Shown piece by piece: positions 1 through 12,959 of a stretch of 64,000 nt of DNA; position 1 is the stretch's first letter; the number at the start of each line of letters is the position of its first letter. The stretch covers positions 68,388,001-68,452,000 of the forward strand of contig NC_058368.1 of assembly GCF_018350175.1 (NCBI RefSeq), read 5' to 3'. Below the pieces are notes generated by a model. That model saw nothing but the letters and a program-made list of their open reading frames with translations, searched no databases and had not been told where the DNA came from. The position numbers and the translations under genes are program-made. The stretch is from Felis catus. Taxonomy: Eukaryota.

Positions 1-822
1 GCTTCATGGACACTCCTGTGTGTTTGTTGCTTACGCCAGAAGCCAGACTTCCATAAACAGAAACATTATTCTGGGGTGAACTTAACCAAGGTATTAAATT
101 GATCAATGGGATGGTGAGCGGACCAGTTGATTGAGAGACAAGAGAAGAAGTGGCAATCATCTACGAAATACAAAACAGCCCAGACATTTGAGAAGGAGAG
201 TCGGTGAGCTGTGTGCCTGCCAAGGGTAACACGGTAGTTCCCTGCATCCCGTTATGTCGAAAAGGGATTCACTGGATTTTTACCTCATGCTTCCTTCCAG
301 TGTATGAGCTGGAGAATGGCAGTGTGTGCCTTGATAATTTAAACAACCTCATTAGGTGAGGCACATAGGATGTCTAATTAAATCTCTCATACCACAGGAT
401 CACAACCACCCTTTGTCATGTGGGGATCTTTACAGGCTGTTCCACACCAAAGCAAGAAAAGATATATAAATCTGCAATCAATCCTCAGAAGACCAGAGTA
501 CTAGGAATTTATTTCCACTACAATGCCCTAGGACTCCTATGCCAGTTTGAAGTAATCCCTCGAGAGGGAACAAGGGTATGATTATGGTTCTAAGGATGAC
601 TTCCTTCCTAAAATATTGTTTAAAGATAATAATGCATTTCATTTTCATTTTTTATCATCAGCCAAATATTTTCTTACTGATTGAATATGACATGCTAAGA
701 AGGAATGGAATCCTCAAGGAAGATTTAGGTGTGCACATACCTGACTACTTTTGTTTCTACTGATTTTGCAATTATGACAGTTTCTGCTAAGATAAATGAC
801 AGGTGGCCACTGATTTTGTTTT

Positions 823-1004
823 TCTGGGTTTTTCTGTTGGTGGTGGTGGTGGTGGTGGTTTTTTTTGCAATTTCATTTATTTTATTTTATTTTATTTTTT
901 AAATATAATTTATTGTCAAATTGGCTAACATACAGTGTGTATGGTGTGCTCTTTGTTTTGGGGGTAGATTCCCATGATTCATCGCTTACGTACAACACCC
1001 AGTG
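823..1004 (-). mobile_element. 5'-truncated felid/carnivore L1 3' end with compound tail
   Basis: aatataatttattgtcaaattggctaacatacagtgtg...tacaacacccagtgct is the reverse complement of a carnivore L1 3' terminus; 13-bp TSD ctgattttgtttt at 810-822 and 1005-1017. Confidence 0.8.
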
Positions 1005-2229
1005 CTGATTTTGTTTTGCTGAAAACAGACACTTCGATGTCATTCTTTATGTGTCAATTCCTTTATTTCAATCCCTGATGATAGGTTAAATAGTAACACT
1101 TTTGACGTTCATCTTCTTTGTGAAAATGCACAGCCCTGAACTTATAATTAGGCACGTGAGTTCCACGTGTGTACAAAACTGATAAATACTCCTCTATGCA
1201 GATAACATTTCCAGGAAACTGTGTAAGAAAAGGTTGGATCTGACTCCAGAAATTTACAATCTATAAAAAATAAACATATTTTCACAATGGAGAGTCTTTC
1301 TAACATTTGGATTTCCTGAATATTTATGGCTGAGTTTCCAAAAAAAATGTATTTTAAGACATCTCTACATAACTTCAGCACTTTGAAAACAAAAATGAAT
1401 CTTCTGTTTGACAAATTACTTTGCCTGCAAATAAGGTATTTGACCAAGTGTGTATTTTCTCCTCCTTTATTTCTTGGGATGATAAGTGGACTTATATTAC
1501 TGAATTCTGGTGTTGATTTCTGATAAGAACTTGAAAGGTGAAGAAAGGAAACAGGCTACATGGTGGCAGATTTTGGTCCCTGTACCGTCCTCAGGAAAAA
1601 AATAATAAACTAGGTGAAGAGGGTTGTTTCGTCCCACAATTTTTGATTTGATGTATAAGGTCATCAGATGAAACATGAACTAGAGATGGGCTTTCTAACC
1701 AGCTGTGTATTTTGGTTCTGGCTGACTGACAGTACAAAGAAAATGTGTCAGTCATGAATATTAAGTTTCTTTCTAGCATTCTCCTTCCAGATGGAAGCAA
1801 CACGCACATTGTAGCAATGCTTCTTCCAGCTGATGAATTTTCTTATTTATATTTTTGGCAAAGCATATTGATTGTCACCTGTGACTTCCACCTTGGTACC
1901 CTACTGTGTGGCTTTAAAAAAAAAATGTTCTGCTTAGTTTCCTTTAAAATACCCCACCCTCCGAAACAAAAACCTATTTATATCAAAGTCATTCCTGCAC
2001 AAGTGCTTTCATTATCACTCAAACCCTTCACTCCTTTCCATCCTCTTTATTATCTTTGGAAGTGCATCTTATAAACCTAAATTTCTAACTGACTGATGAC
2101 ATTATTATCCAGTCTGGTCATCATAATGCTATCATGGCATTAATAATCAATTTTAATATTGACATCTACTATTTTCAGTGTTGTCTTTGAGCCAGATATT
2201 TGAAATGTGATTGATATTCATTATGGCTC

Positions 2230-2400
2230 TTAAATTCTTCCAACAGCTCTATACGCTAAGTATTATTATTTCCATCATATAGTTGCAATGAGTAAAGACA
2301 AAAGAGGTTAAGTAACGTCCCTGGGGCCACAGAGCTGATAAGTAGCAGACGCAGGATTTGAAGCTAGTCTCTGAATCCCAATCCCATTCTCTTAAATGCT
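2230..2400 (-). mobile_element. MIR SINE remnant
   Basis: gaggttaagtaac...cacagagctgataagtagcagac...ggatttgaa matches the MIR core in reverse. Confidence 0.75.
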
Positions 2401-4532
2401 AAGCTATCAAAATCGTATAAACTTGATAATTCTGTTACCCCTTCATTAATACCTGCCTTATATTTTTCAAACAAAAATGCGGTAAGACTGCAACTATAAA
2501 AAATATGTTTAAAGGTTGTGCTCTTACTCATTCAAATTTCTGACTTCTTTGCAAATCACTTTCAGCCTGGCCCCCAGAGAGCCCAAAGAGAATTATATCT
2601 AAAGGGAAGGGTTTTATGTTGGGCGACCAATTGAACAGGTCTTTTCCTGACTCTTATCCCCATGGCAACAAGCATCTGACTGAATGCTCCTTTGCAACCC
2701 ACCAAATGGCAAGAAGCTGCACTTCCTGGAGGGGCGGCTGCTTGTTGGAGATGAGGCACAGTGGTCCAGCACAGTGGCGCTCATTGGACTTGTCCACCTG
2801 TGGTCTTTGTTCCCAGATGCATCTGTTGATGGCTTGGAGATGGTGGGAAGGAAAAAGGCGACACAAATCCACATTACCGTCATCATGATCCTTGATGTTA
2901 CCATTAGTATTGATAGAAGATCTGCTTCTAATCTGTCTGTTACTTTTCGGAAGCATTAAGATTCACGTATTTTAAGCAGCAGTCACCACATCTAATTTAC
3001 CCAGCATTTATTCAGCCTTTCGTTTGTCTAAGTCAATCACTGGAAATGAAATCTCGCCTTTTGATTTGTTGCCGGCCCTTATTTGAATGGGAAAAGGAAA
3101 ACTTCACATTTGAATGTTTCAGGCCTCATCATATTTCCCTTTTCCACATGACAGCGATAAACAGATCTTGGCAAAACCTCAGAGGCAAAAGAAATTTTTA
3201 AAATGAACCATACTGTCATTTCTTTTGACTGATATGGCAATAAACCAATAATTCAAAGGCTCACTGAACATCTAGACTTCTAAAACAGGAGAGCAGTTCA
3301 GACTGTTGGTATAAGAAAGCAACATTCAACTTAATGAAGTTTCAAAGGGTAACTTTTTAAAGAAAACTCATATTTTTGGAATGCCAGCGATGATTGGCTG
3401 AAGGAAAATTTAATAGAGCGAGAAGACATGAGTCTTGGAGATGGGGAGGCAATCTCAGACACTTTATAGTTATGAAACCTTGGATGCATTAGTTAAATTC
3501 ACCAAGCTTTGGTTTCCTTAGTAATGAGAGAGAAGTAATAATTGGCAGGATGCCAGGTTAACATAAGAAATAGGACCAAGGTATGTAAGAATATGAAGAA
3601 ATGCCCTGTCGTATAATAGCTGCTCAAGAAACTGGCTACTGCTGTTTTTTTCTCTCACTGTTATTTCCTGATGAGTCATGGTCATTATTACCTGTCCGTG
3701 AGGAGATCTGAATGGGTGACATTGCTTCAGTGGAGCCACTGAACAGACAATAATGCAGTGAATACTATCCCTTAACTTTCTGCATATAAAAGTGTGTCCT
3801 TATGAGTCTAAGGCCCCTGACTACAACTCGACAGACATTCAACTGTGCAAATCAATAGGCTGAGGATATCTGCAACCTTTCAAAGCCCGCATGTTTTAAA
3901 AAATCCATTTATGACATGGAAAGCGTTGGCTTTCCAAGAGAAGACACTGGGAAAATGAGATCCAGTTGAATGAGCCTTTTAATTATATTTATTGACCCTT
4001 CAACTGGAAGTCACCCAGTGCCCAAGCATGGATGCACAAGGGAGATTGGAGGCTCCACGTTTAATGGAAGTGAAATTCTGCAGGGAGAGCAGATGTTTGC
4101 AAGCCTCAAATGAGGTCCCAGGCTGCGCTGACAAGGGCGCCTTCCGATTGCAATGCTGTCCCGTAAACCAGGTCCCGCTCGAAGTTCTGATCTAAGCACT
4201 TCATTGCAGAATTGGCAAGCTGCAACCCCCATAAGTGATCCCAGCTGAGAAGGTAACAAAGGCCGAGAGAATAAACAATCTGGTTAATTGAGTTTGAATG
4301 ATAGAATTGCAATGAGGGACCAATAAAAGGTGCAATAAGAAGGATGTTTAAAAATTCTAATAAACCTTGAAGAGATAGCAGGGTAGGAGCTCTGAAAATA
4401 ACAACAGCAAACAGCTATGAAATCCGAGCATATGAACTAGGAATCTAAGAATGTGGTTATGAGAAACAGAGAAGTTTTTAAATTTGTTTCTATGACTTCA
4501 AATTTTTACAATTAACTTTAAGAGGGATTCTA

Positions 4533-4789
4533 GGGGCACCTGGGCGGCATAGTCGGTTAAACGGCTGACTCTTGGTTTCAGTTCAGGTCATGACCTCATG
4601 GTCTTGTGGGTTCGAGCCCCTCATCGGGCTCTGCACCGACCCTGTGGAGCCTGTTTGGGACTGTCTCTCTCTCTCTGTTTTTCTCTTTCTATCTCATCCC
4701 CGCCTCTCCGTCTCTGTCTTTCTTTACCCCTCCCCCGCTCACTCCGTCTCTCTCAAAATAAATATAAATAAACTTAAAAAAATAAAAAA
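4533..4789 (+). mobile_element. CAN-SINE (SINEC)
   Basis: ggggcacctggg head, A/B boxes (gggttcgagccc), (CT)n tract, A-rich tail; TSD taagagggattct at 4519-4531 and 4790-4802. Confidence 0.95.
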
Positions 4790-4834
4790 TAAGAGGGATT
4801 CTGAAGTTAATATGCACTTTGTGAGAATTTGCCT

Positions 4835-4960
4835 GTCATACGTGACCTTGAGGAAGTCACTTAATCTAAGTGTCAGGGTTCTCATCTGTAACGCAAGGAT
4901 AACAGTATCTTATCTTGTTGAGTTGGAGGAAGGAGAAGAGGTTTTATACATAAAATAAAA
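4835..4960 (+). mobile_element. MIR remnant
   Basis: gtgaccttgaggaagtcacttaatct...ctcatctgtaa core. Confidence 0.7.
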
Positions 4961-4961
4961 T

Positions 4962-5365
4962 ATGCCTCCTAGGGCTGCTATAACACGACACCAGAGACTG
5001 AGAAGCTTAAACAACAGAAATTTACTTCCTCATGGTCTAGAGGCTGGAAGTCCAAGATCAAGGTGCTGACAGTGTTGGTTTCCTCTGAGACTTCTCTCCT
5101 TGGCTTGCAAATGGCCTCCTTCTCCCTGTGTTTTCACCTGGTCTGTCCTCTGTGTGCGTGTACCCCTAGTGTCTCTGTGTGTGTCCAAATTTCCTCTTCT
5201 TATAAGGACACCTTGTAAGGACACAGTCAGATTGGATTAGAGCCCACCCTAATAGCCTCATTTTGACTTAATCACTGCCATAAAGGCCTTATCTCCAAAT
5301 ACAGGGCAGTGAGCATTAGGTCATCAACACATTAATTTATCGGGAGGGGGGCACAATTAGCCAAA
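4962..5365 (-). mobile_element. MaLR solo LTR, MLT1B-like
   Basis: agggctgctataac...aaacaacagaaattta...ggctggaagtccaagatcaaggtg...tataaggacacc...attggattagagcccaccctaat are MLT1 hallmarks. Confidence 0.85.
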
Positions 5366-5437
5366 AGCAAGATATATGTGTGTGTGTATGTGTATGTATA
5401 TATGTACATACATATACATACACATACACAGAGTTTA

Positions 5438-5668
5438 AATTTTTTTTAATGTTTATTTTTGAGAGAGAGAAAGAGAGACAGAGAGAGACAGAGAGAGACA
5501 GTGCAAGTGGGGAAGGGGCAGAGAGACAGGGAGACCCAGAATCTGAAGCAGGCTCCAGGCTCTGAGCTGTCAACAGAAAGCCCAACGCGGGGCTCAGACT
5601 CATGAATCGTGAGATCATGACCAGAGCCCTGGTTGGACACTTAACAAACTGAGCCACCCAGGCACCCC
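5438..5668 (-). mobile_element. CAN-SINE (SINEC), preceded by a mixed TG/TA/CA microsatellite (5372-5430)
   Basis: T-rich tail, (GA)n, gagatcatgacc, ends gagccacccaggcacccc; short TSD agagttta (5430-5437, 5675-5682). Confidence 0.95.
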
Positions 5669-6265
5669 CGAGAGAGAGTTTAGAATTACTGCCCCCAAGT
5701 AGGCACCCAATAAGAAATAGCCCTTATAACTATCAGGGACATTATTATCATTATTCTCATATAATTTGGTTTTCTTATCAAATCTGTTAGATACAGATTA
5801 TCATAATAATTGTATATGTAGGCAGAGAAACTGAAGTACAAAGAAGTTACAGTCCTGGCCCAATATTACACAGGGTGTGTAATGTTGTTTACACTCCCTG
5901 TGTAATATTACACCTCAATTTTCCAGCCTCAAACTGTTTTCTTTTCACCACATGATGCTGCCACCAAGTAGTTGGACAGTTGTCAGAGAATTAATTTTCC
6001 TGTTAAATTCATGACTATCCTGTCCCAAAGCATTTATACTGCATCTATGCCAAAGAAGCTATGCATCCAAGCAGCTTGGTGTCTGAGCAATTAGAATGCT
6101 CTCTAATTAAGGAAAATTCTACTCTTCTTTCTCAGAATTCTGGGATTTTAACCCAAGGTCCAAACTTTGAAATCTAGAACAAGGGAAATGTAGAACACTT
6201 TTCCATCTCTGGGAAATTCTGTCTTTTGACTGGTATATTTTCTTGTCCATTGTCTAGGATGGAAG

Positions 6266-6345
6266 CCAACAGATAGATAGAAATCCACTTACCTTCCAAG
6301 TCCGCCACCAACAGATAGAAATCCACTCATCTTCCAAATCCGCCA
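6266..6345. repeat. Two-copy ~38-42 bp tandem duplication
   Basis: ccaacagatag(atag)aaatccacttaccttccaagtccgcca followed directly by ccaacagatagaaatccactcatcttccaaatccgcca. Confidence 0.9.
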
Positions 6346-6399
6346 AAGTACCTCCCTCTGTCTGCATACAACCATACCTCCCATCTTGTTATAATGAAT

Positions 6400-6960
6400 A
6401 GTTTCCCAGCTCCTACCTAAAGCCAGATGTCCCATTGTTCTCTCTTCTTCTCCAGAACTTCACTCTTGGGATCATCCCCCTTCTCTCTGCTCGGTCAGTT
6501 TCACCCTCCTTGTTGCACATTCCCAGCAGCATGTAGACATCTTCTAGCATTTCTGATCTTAAAAGAAAGAAAGGAAAAAACACCGCTGGTTGCCCACTAG
6601 TTCTTGTCCCACTCATTCTATCCTGCCCGAGTAAAATATAGAATGTATAGGTAGTCCTTGTTTCCAACTTCTCAGCCTTCATTTACCGTTTACCCCTCAC
6701 TCATGTTTCATCATCTTCCTCCGTGGAAATCCATATGTTCACTTCTCTGTTCTTACACTACTTAGTCTCTTAACAGCATTCAGCACTGTTGTTTACTCCA
6801 TACTTCACAAACACTTTCTTCCCTTGGCTTTGGGGTCAACATTTTCAGTTTCTTCTTGCCCTACTTATCGTCACTGGCCAGTCTACCTTGGTCGCATTGT
6901 TTGATCCTTCTCTGACAATTTCAAGGACCTGAAACATTGAGTATGCCCCACATTGTAGAT
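6400..6960 (+). mobile_element. L2 LINE remnant (degenerate RT region)
   Basis: ctacttagtctcttaacagcattcagcactgttg...aaacactttcttcccttggcttt resembles the L2 segment encoding LDLSAAFDTVDH...ETLSSLGF. Confidence 0.7.
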
Positions 6961-7420
6961 CCCTAAGGGATTCTCCCCTCAGATTCTGGGTTCTTAAGAG
7001 ATCTGAGAAAAATACCAATATTTTTATACTTAATCCAGGATTAGGTATAAAAAATTAGGCTTTAAGTTCTCAACTCAGATGCTGTCTGATATACCATATG
7101 TCTTTCTAGTTTTATTTATCCTGCTGCTTGAATGGTGTTTATTTTCTCACTTGATTTGTTTCCTATTTGAAAACAGCTGTCAGAGTTGCCTTTAGAATGT
7201 AATGCATGTTTGTTATTTCAGGTATTTATTGAGTACATTTTCCATGTGTTCTCTTACATAATCTTTACAGGGGCCCTAGGAAATAGTGGTTATTATTCCT
7301 TTATTGACAGAAACTTGAAGCTTAGAGAGTTTAAGTGACTTATCCAAGTTCACACAGTCAATGGCAAGGATCGAAACCCATGTCAGGATGCATTGATGAT
7401 ACTCTTAATAAATGTACAGT

Positions 7421-7631
7421 GGGGACGCCTGGATGGCTCAGTTGGTTAAGCCTCTGACTCTTGATTTCTCCTCAGGTCACCATCCTGAGGTTCGTGAGTT
7501 CAAGCCCCACATCGGGCAATGGGCTGACAGTGAGGAGCCTGCTTGGCATTCTCTCTCTCCCTCTCTCTCTGTGCCCTTCCCCCACCCACACTTTTTCTCT
7601 ACTTCAAAATAAATAAACTTTAAAAAAATAA
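7421..7631 (+). mobile_element. CAN-SINE (SINEC), next to a minus-strand MIR (7230-7410)
   Basis: ggggacgcctggatggctcagttggttaag head, gagttcaagccc B box, A tail; TSD aataaatgt[a/g]cagt on both sides. Confidence 0.95.
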
Positions 7632-7689
7632 AATAAATGTGCAGTGTACATTTAGCGTTTTAAAGCGAACAGGAATTTTGGATTTATAC

Positions 7690-8225
7690 GGTGCCTTTGG
7701 CTGCAAGCAATAGAGAACTCAGTTTACCTGGAATAAATAATGAGATTTATCATCTTAATGAAAGGAACTCCAGAGTTATATCATCGTAAGATCTGTAGCT
7801 CAGAATGTCATCAAGGATCCAAGCTCCTTCTAGCTCTCTGTTTTGCCGTCCTCTGTGTTGACGTCATCTAAAGGCTGTTTTTCCTTATAACCATAAAATG
7901 GCTGAAGGAGTTACAGAAACACATCAAAGTATAACATTGTCCAGCAATAGAAAAGGAGATATTTCTGACTTAAAGAAATGTATTAGGAAGGGAAAATTTC
8001 AGAAGCCCTCCAGTAGGCATCTTTTCATATCCCACTGACAAAACTGGCTACATACCCATCTGTAAACTCCCCACCTTGGCAGCAGTAGACCCATCGCTAA
8101 TGGCTGAGACTTTTCAGGATATACCTGATTCGTGGGGAAGAAGAAGGGATTAGAAACAAGAAGAAAATCAGGGCTTAGACATTGTGAAGGAATGATGACT
8201 ATTGCATAGACAGCCAAGAGGGTCT
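7690..8225 (-). mobile_element. Old MaLR LTR, MLT1K/L-like
   Basis: tttggctgcaagcaatagagaactc...aatgtcatcaaggatccaagctccttc...cataaaatggctg pattern. Confidence 0.65.
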
Positions 8226-11200
8226 ACTCCGTATCTCAAGGAGTTTCTGGCACAATGTCTGTAACTGGCCATCTGTGTTTGTGTATGCTCCCTTTTGAAG
8301 CCATTTTCTCTTTTAACACAGCTTTTCTTTGTTAAGAACAACTTTTCACCTGTTCTTCATGCATACCTTTTTTCCAAAAGTCTAATTAGCTACTTTGTTG
8401 TTGTTAAGAGCCTTAAATAAAACATGCTTCCTGTGGAACCAGGAAGGCTTACGTATCCATCATTTTGGGCTATGACTGCTCTGTGTAGAATTTCCAATTT
8501 TTCAAAACGCACTGGTCTGCAAAGGGATTGAACACACTCCCAAACCATCCAGAGGCTCATGCAATTTTAAAGTTTGTCCTTAGAAACAAGTTGTCTGAGC
8601 TGTATAATCTCTGATCATAACTAACAATTTGAACCCCTTCCAATGACTTCCCTTTGTTAATAGTATCTGTGACTCAGATGCCCCATGCTGATCTCACCTC
8701 ATTCTTATTTATAGAATATTCACATTTTCAAATACTTTCCCCCATGCTCTTTCCTTTGGCTCTAAAGTGAACCATATTTTCAAGTGGCATTATAAAGCCT
8801 CACTAAAAAGTACTTCATCATTCTGCATATCCAGTTATGCTGCAGACCAAATCTTTCCTCAGTTCACACATCACAACAGTCATCTCTCTCTCACTCAGTG
8901 ACATGGAAACTGACAATTATTCTACCACCCTGACTCTTCGTCCTACTTTAGGACACGCACTTTCATGTCAAGAAGGCTTTTATACAGTGGAGTCCAATCT
9001 CTTCCCAACAGCTCTGGTTGTCAGTTACCCGCGGGATAGAATGAATGGCCTCATCCCCTCACTCCCCCAGGAAAGGCTGGACAAGAGGTTGTTGACAAGA
9101 CCAACAATTTGTGTCACACTCATCCAGGACCCTTCAAATCCTCTTAGCATGCACTCCCTCTAGTTGTTAATCCTCAAGAATTTGATAAAGTGAAAATAAC
9201 AATACTTCTCATCTTGCAGAGTTGACAATTAACTAATTAGCCAATTAACTCATTGAGCCAGATTTGTCCCAGTAAGTTAAGGGCTTTGGGAGGTATATTA
9301 ATCCTTAAAGGCCACTGGAGCAACATTTGCAGCTAATGGGCCCATATCCCTAGCTTACTACCAGGGAGGGACTCGGGTATTATTAAGAAATAGAAGTCAT
9401 TAATCCTCACGGTACCCAAAGGGGCAGGTAAGAATGACTTTGCACAAATTGATGAGAAAATGTGTTTTGTTTGTTTGTTTTTTTTCTCCTTTAAGACAAA
9501 AATAGACTCTGAGTTAAAGCCAAGATTGGAACTCAACATTTTCTGGCAAATAGGCTCTACTCAAACTTGAAATCTTGCCAGTATTTGTTTGTTTATTTAT
9601 AGTTTGAGATCCAATACTGAGAGTGGATAGGCAAGAAGTTTTGTGTTGGGGCATGGGTAGTTCTACCCTCTGGAGTATTTGACAGCAGACGAGGAAAATT
9701 ATGATTCCTTTTCTGTTCCATAATCTGCTTAAATGAGCACTTATTGGGTCACATGGAATATAACTCTAGAGGTGTTCATGCTTTGGGTGTGGGAGAATGT
9801 ATAAAACAGAAAGAAAGAAAAGAAATTTCCAACACAATTCCTGCTCTGCACAACTGGAAAGACCTTGGCAGTGAAGTGGGTCCTGCCCTCAAAAGGCTGC
9901 AGCCTGTCTGAAGGAAAACTATTTAGGACCCATCTCTCCTCCCTCTGATTTTAGCTGGAGGCTAGACATGCCTGTTTTCCTATCCTGGGAACCTGGGAGG
10001 GCTCAAAAGACAGCTCCTAAAACACGGGCTTACAAGCTTGAAGGCTGAGCAGTGGAGCGGATGCCTGGATCAGCATTCCATGTGGGGTTTCCTATTCTCT
10101 TGTGCCAAGGCAAATGCTTTAGTCAAGTTACCCCATCCAAAAGGAAAAAAGATATATATGAGTGTAAAACCAGAGGTGGGGAGGTAGTGCGGGGAGGGGA
10201 AGATACGCAGCTGAAGTGGTCAGAACGGAGAAAAGTTAGTCTCCGTATAAGAATGTAGGGCAGATGGCAGCCCAGAGTGTCCTTTATGTGGTTTCTGAGG
10301 CCATGTGGTACAAAGAGGGAGGAGGGAAGCGTCTTGAATGTTTAAGGGTAGAGCCTGGGGCTTACAAATGTATTTATAAACTTATGTTCGTTACACATAC
10401 AAAGCCATAAATCTTCAAGGGCTCTGTGTCTCGCCGCTCTTTCTTCTTACCCCCACAGATTAATCACAGCTACCTTTGGGAATAAAAAGAAATTGACTTT
10501 TTCTTTCTTTAAAAATAATATTAAAATCCCTGCTTATATCAGTTCACTATGCGATATTTAGGTTACCCAGGCAGTACACAGCACGCCAGGAATCCTTTCT
10601 TCCTTTCCAGCTATTGTGGTCTGTCCTCTCAGGCTCCTTCCTTCCCTCAATGAAGTTTCTGCACCTTATTTGGTGAAAGAAGGAAAGCTTTCATTTCAAC
10701 AATAAGCAGCATGGAACGTGGCAAAAGGCACATCAGACTCTTTGACGGGACTGTGTAGGAATTCAGCAAAAGAGAAGCTTCAGTGGCCTTCTGCACAAAA
10801 AAAAGGGCTGGAGCCACGCTTTAAAACACAAGAATTCTTTCTGCTTTGCTACTCTGAGTACAAGTCATTCCACTTTTCTGTGATCCATCTTTGCCCTTTG
10901 GAAACTAACGTACGTACATATGTGCGTAGTAATAACTCACATGGTTCCACAAAGATTGTGAGCCAGCATCTAGTGGTATGAACAAAAATGTACTTAGACA
11001 TGTATAAATGAGAAAACTGGTTCAAGGGAAAAGTAAGAGTAGGGAAAAATTAGGATGAGGTGAAGGTTATTTTGTCCAAACAGTAATTTCACTTGGTGGA
11101 GGTGGTTAGGAACATGCTTTGGCACTTTCCAGTCATAAATGTCAAGAGGGTAATATGACAATGATAATGGTGATGGTGATCGTGGTGATGATGGTGACAA

Positions 11201-12639
11201 AACAGTACATAACAAATTCCTTACCATGCACCAAGCACTATGCTAAGCAAGCATTTTATTGGTGTTATCCCATTTCATATTGTCCAAAACTTTCTCATCT
11301 CAGTATTATTGTCCTCATCTTTCCAGTAAGAAACCCAAGACTTGGCAATGTGATAAAAATAAACAGAGTTCCAAAGGAAGTAAAATACAGAGTTTAGTAT
11401 TGCTCTGTGGGTCACTAACAAGAGGGTCACAAAGCAATAGGGTGACCAGTGCCCTCAAAAATATTTTTCTGGTGAATCTTAGTGAGTTAAAAAGTGTTAG
11501 AAAGAGGACAGTGTTGTTATGTTACATTTATATCCAAGTGAAGTTTGCTAATGAAATTCTATGACAAGCTATGCAATTTTGTCCCAGGTATGCAGGAATG
11601 TACTACTGCAGTCTCATCCGAGGATGTATTTTTGGGTATCTAGAGGCATGAGTAGTTCTATCTTCAAAGCAATGTTCCACAAATTCTACTTCAGAGCTTT
11701 TATTAAGTATGTATGCTCCCTGACAAACACCTGGAATTGTAGGTACCTATGCCACTTGCTAAATACAGCCCATAGCTGGAAGAGGGATTGACTTCATCTT
11801 ATAAATGTGGTGGACACTAACGAGGACACATAAGCAAGCAGGTCACTATAAATTCACGCAGAGAATGTCCATGGGTAGAACCAAAACGCTTCTTGTAAAA
11901 TGTTTCCGAAATGTTTTCAAGTCTCAGAATAATCAATAATCAAAGTTCAGTTAATTTATATATTTATGCACCCATGGGAACGTTATTGAGATGTGCCAGG
12001 GATTAGAGGCATAATGGAAACAAAATATCGCTAGCCCCTCTCATCACTGAGCATATGATCTTCTGATAGTGACTCATAACTAAATAAGCCATTAACATGA
12101 AACATGGTAGAACCAAGATCAGATAGATTTGTGGTACGTGGGGAGCACCCATCACAATTGCCTGCTTTATTTGGGGAGAAGATGAGAGAAGTCTTTCCTG
12201 GGGAAGTGACATTTCAGTTGAAATTGAAAAGAATATTAGGATTGAGTCAAGGTGTAGCCATAATAGTCCTGGCTTGGGAGAAAAAAAAGCATATTAAAGC
12301 AAATATTACAAAATCTTTACCCAGATCATGAAAAAAAAAAATCAGCACCAGGAAAGCATTCACTGCACCTTCAATCTTCCTGGTTATCAGATTTTAAAGT
12401 GTAGTCTTAGTTAACTGAATGGATTAATGTACACAGAAGATAAAACAACTATAAATCAGTTGAATATTGGCTATTCGATTTCAGGTTATAATTGTTCAAT
12501 TATATTCTTAGATTTGGACAAGATTCTAGGATGCCCAAGCTTTTGCTAAGCTACTATTTGCCAAACCTGTATGTTCACCTGATCCAGTTGCCTACTATAG
12601 ACCCCTCTTACATGGACATCCCTGCAGGCGGAATATCAT

Positions 12640-12890
12640 ACAGGTTAAGACCAAAGGTCCTGGGTCAGAAATATCTGGGTTCATCTACTCTGTTTTAGCT
12701 GTGTGACCTTGTCCAAATGACTTCAATGCCATACAGCTGGATTTCTAAGCCTCTGGAAGGTCAAATGCCAATTTTAATCATTTTTTTTAAGAATCACTTG
12801 TGAAGAATAAGCTAGCTAAACACATGAAAAAAAATGAACACAGCTCTTGGCACATAGCAAACGCTCAAGATGGTGGTTGTTATTACTATT
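12640..12890 (+). mobile_element. MIR remnant
   Basis: tagctgtgtgaccttgtccaaatgacttcaa...ggcacatagcaaacgctcaa...gttattactatt. Confidence 0.75.
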
Positions 12891-12959
12891 ATGTCAGAAA
12901 TGGAACTCAGTCTTCCCCCATCTATCTTCCTAATTTTTTCATTGAGTCATGATCCTCCT

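Noticed and set aside
7205..7230. ttatttcag|gtattt as a recursive splice site
   Set aside because: Poor donor and lies at the edge of an old MIR/L2-type tail.
10911..10928. Imperfect 18-bp palindrome tacgtacatatgtgcgta
   Set aside because: Short, alternating low-complexity sequence; expected occasionally in 64 kb.
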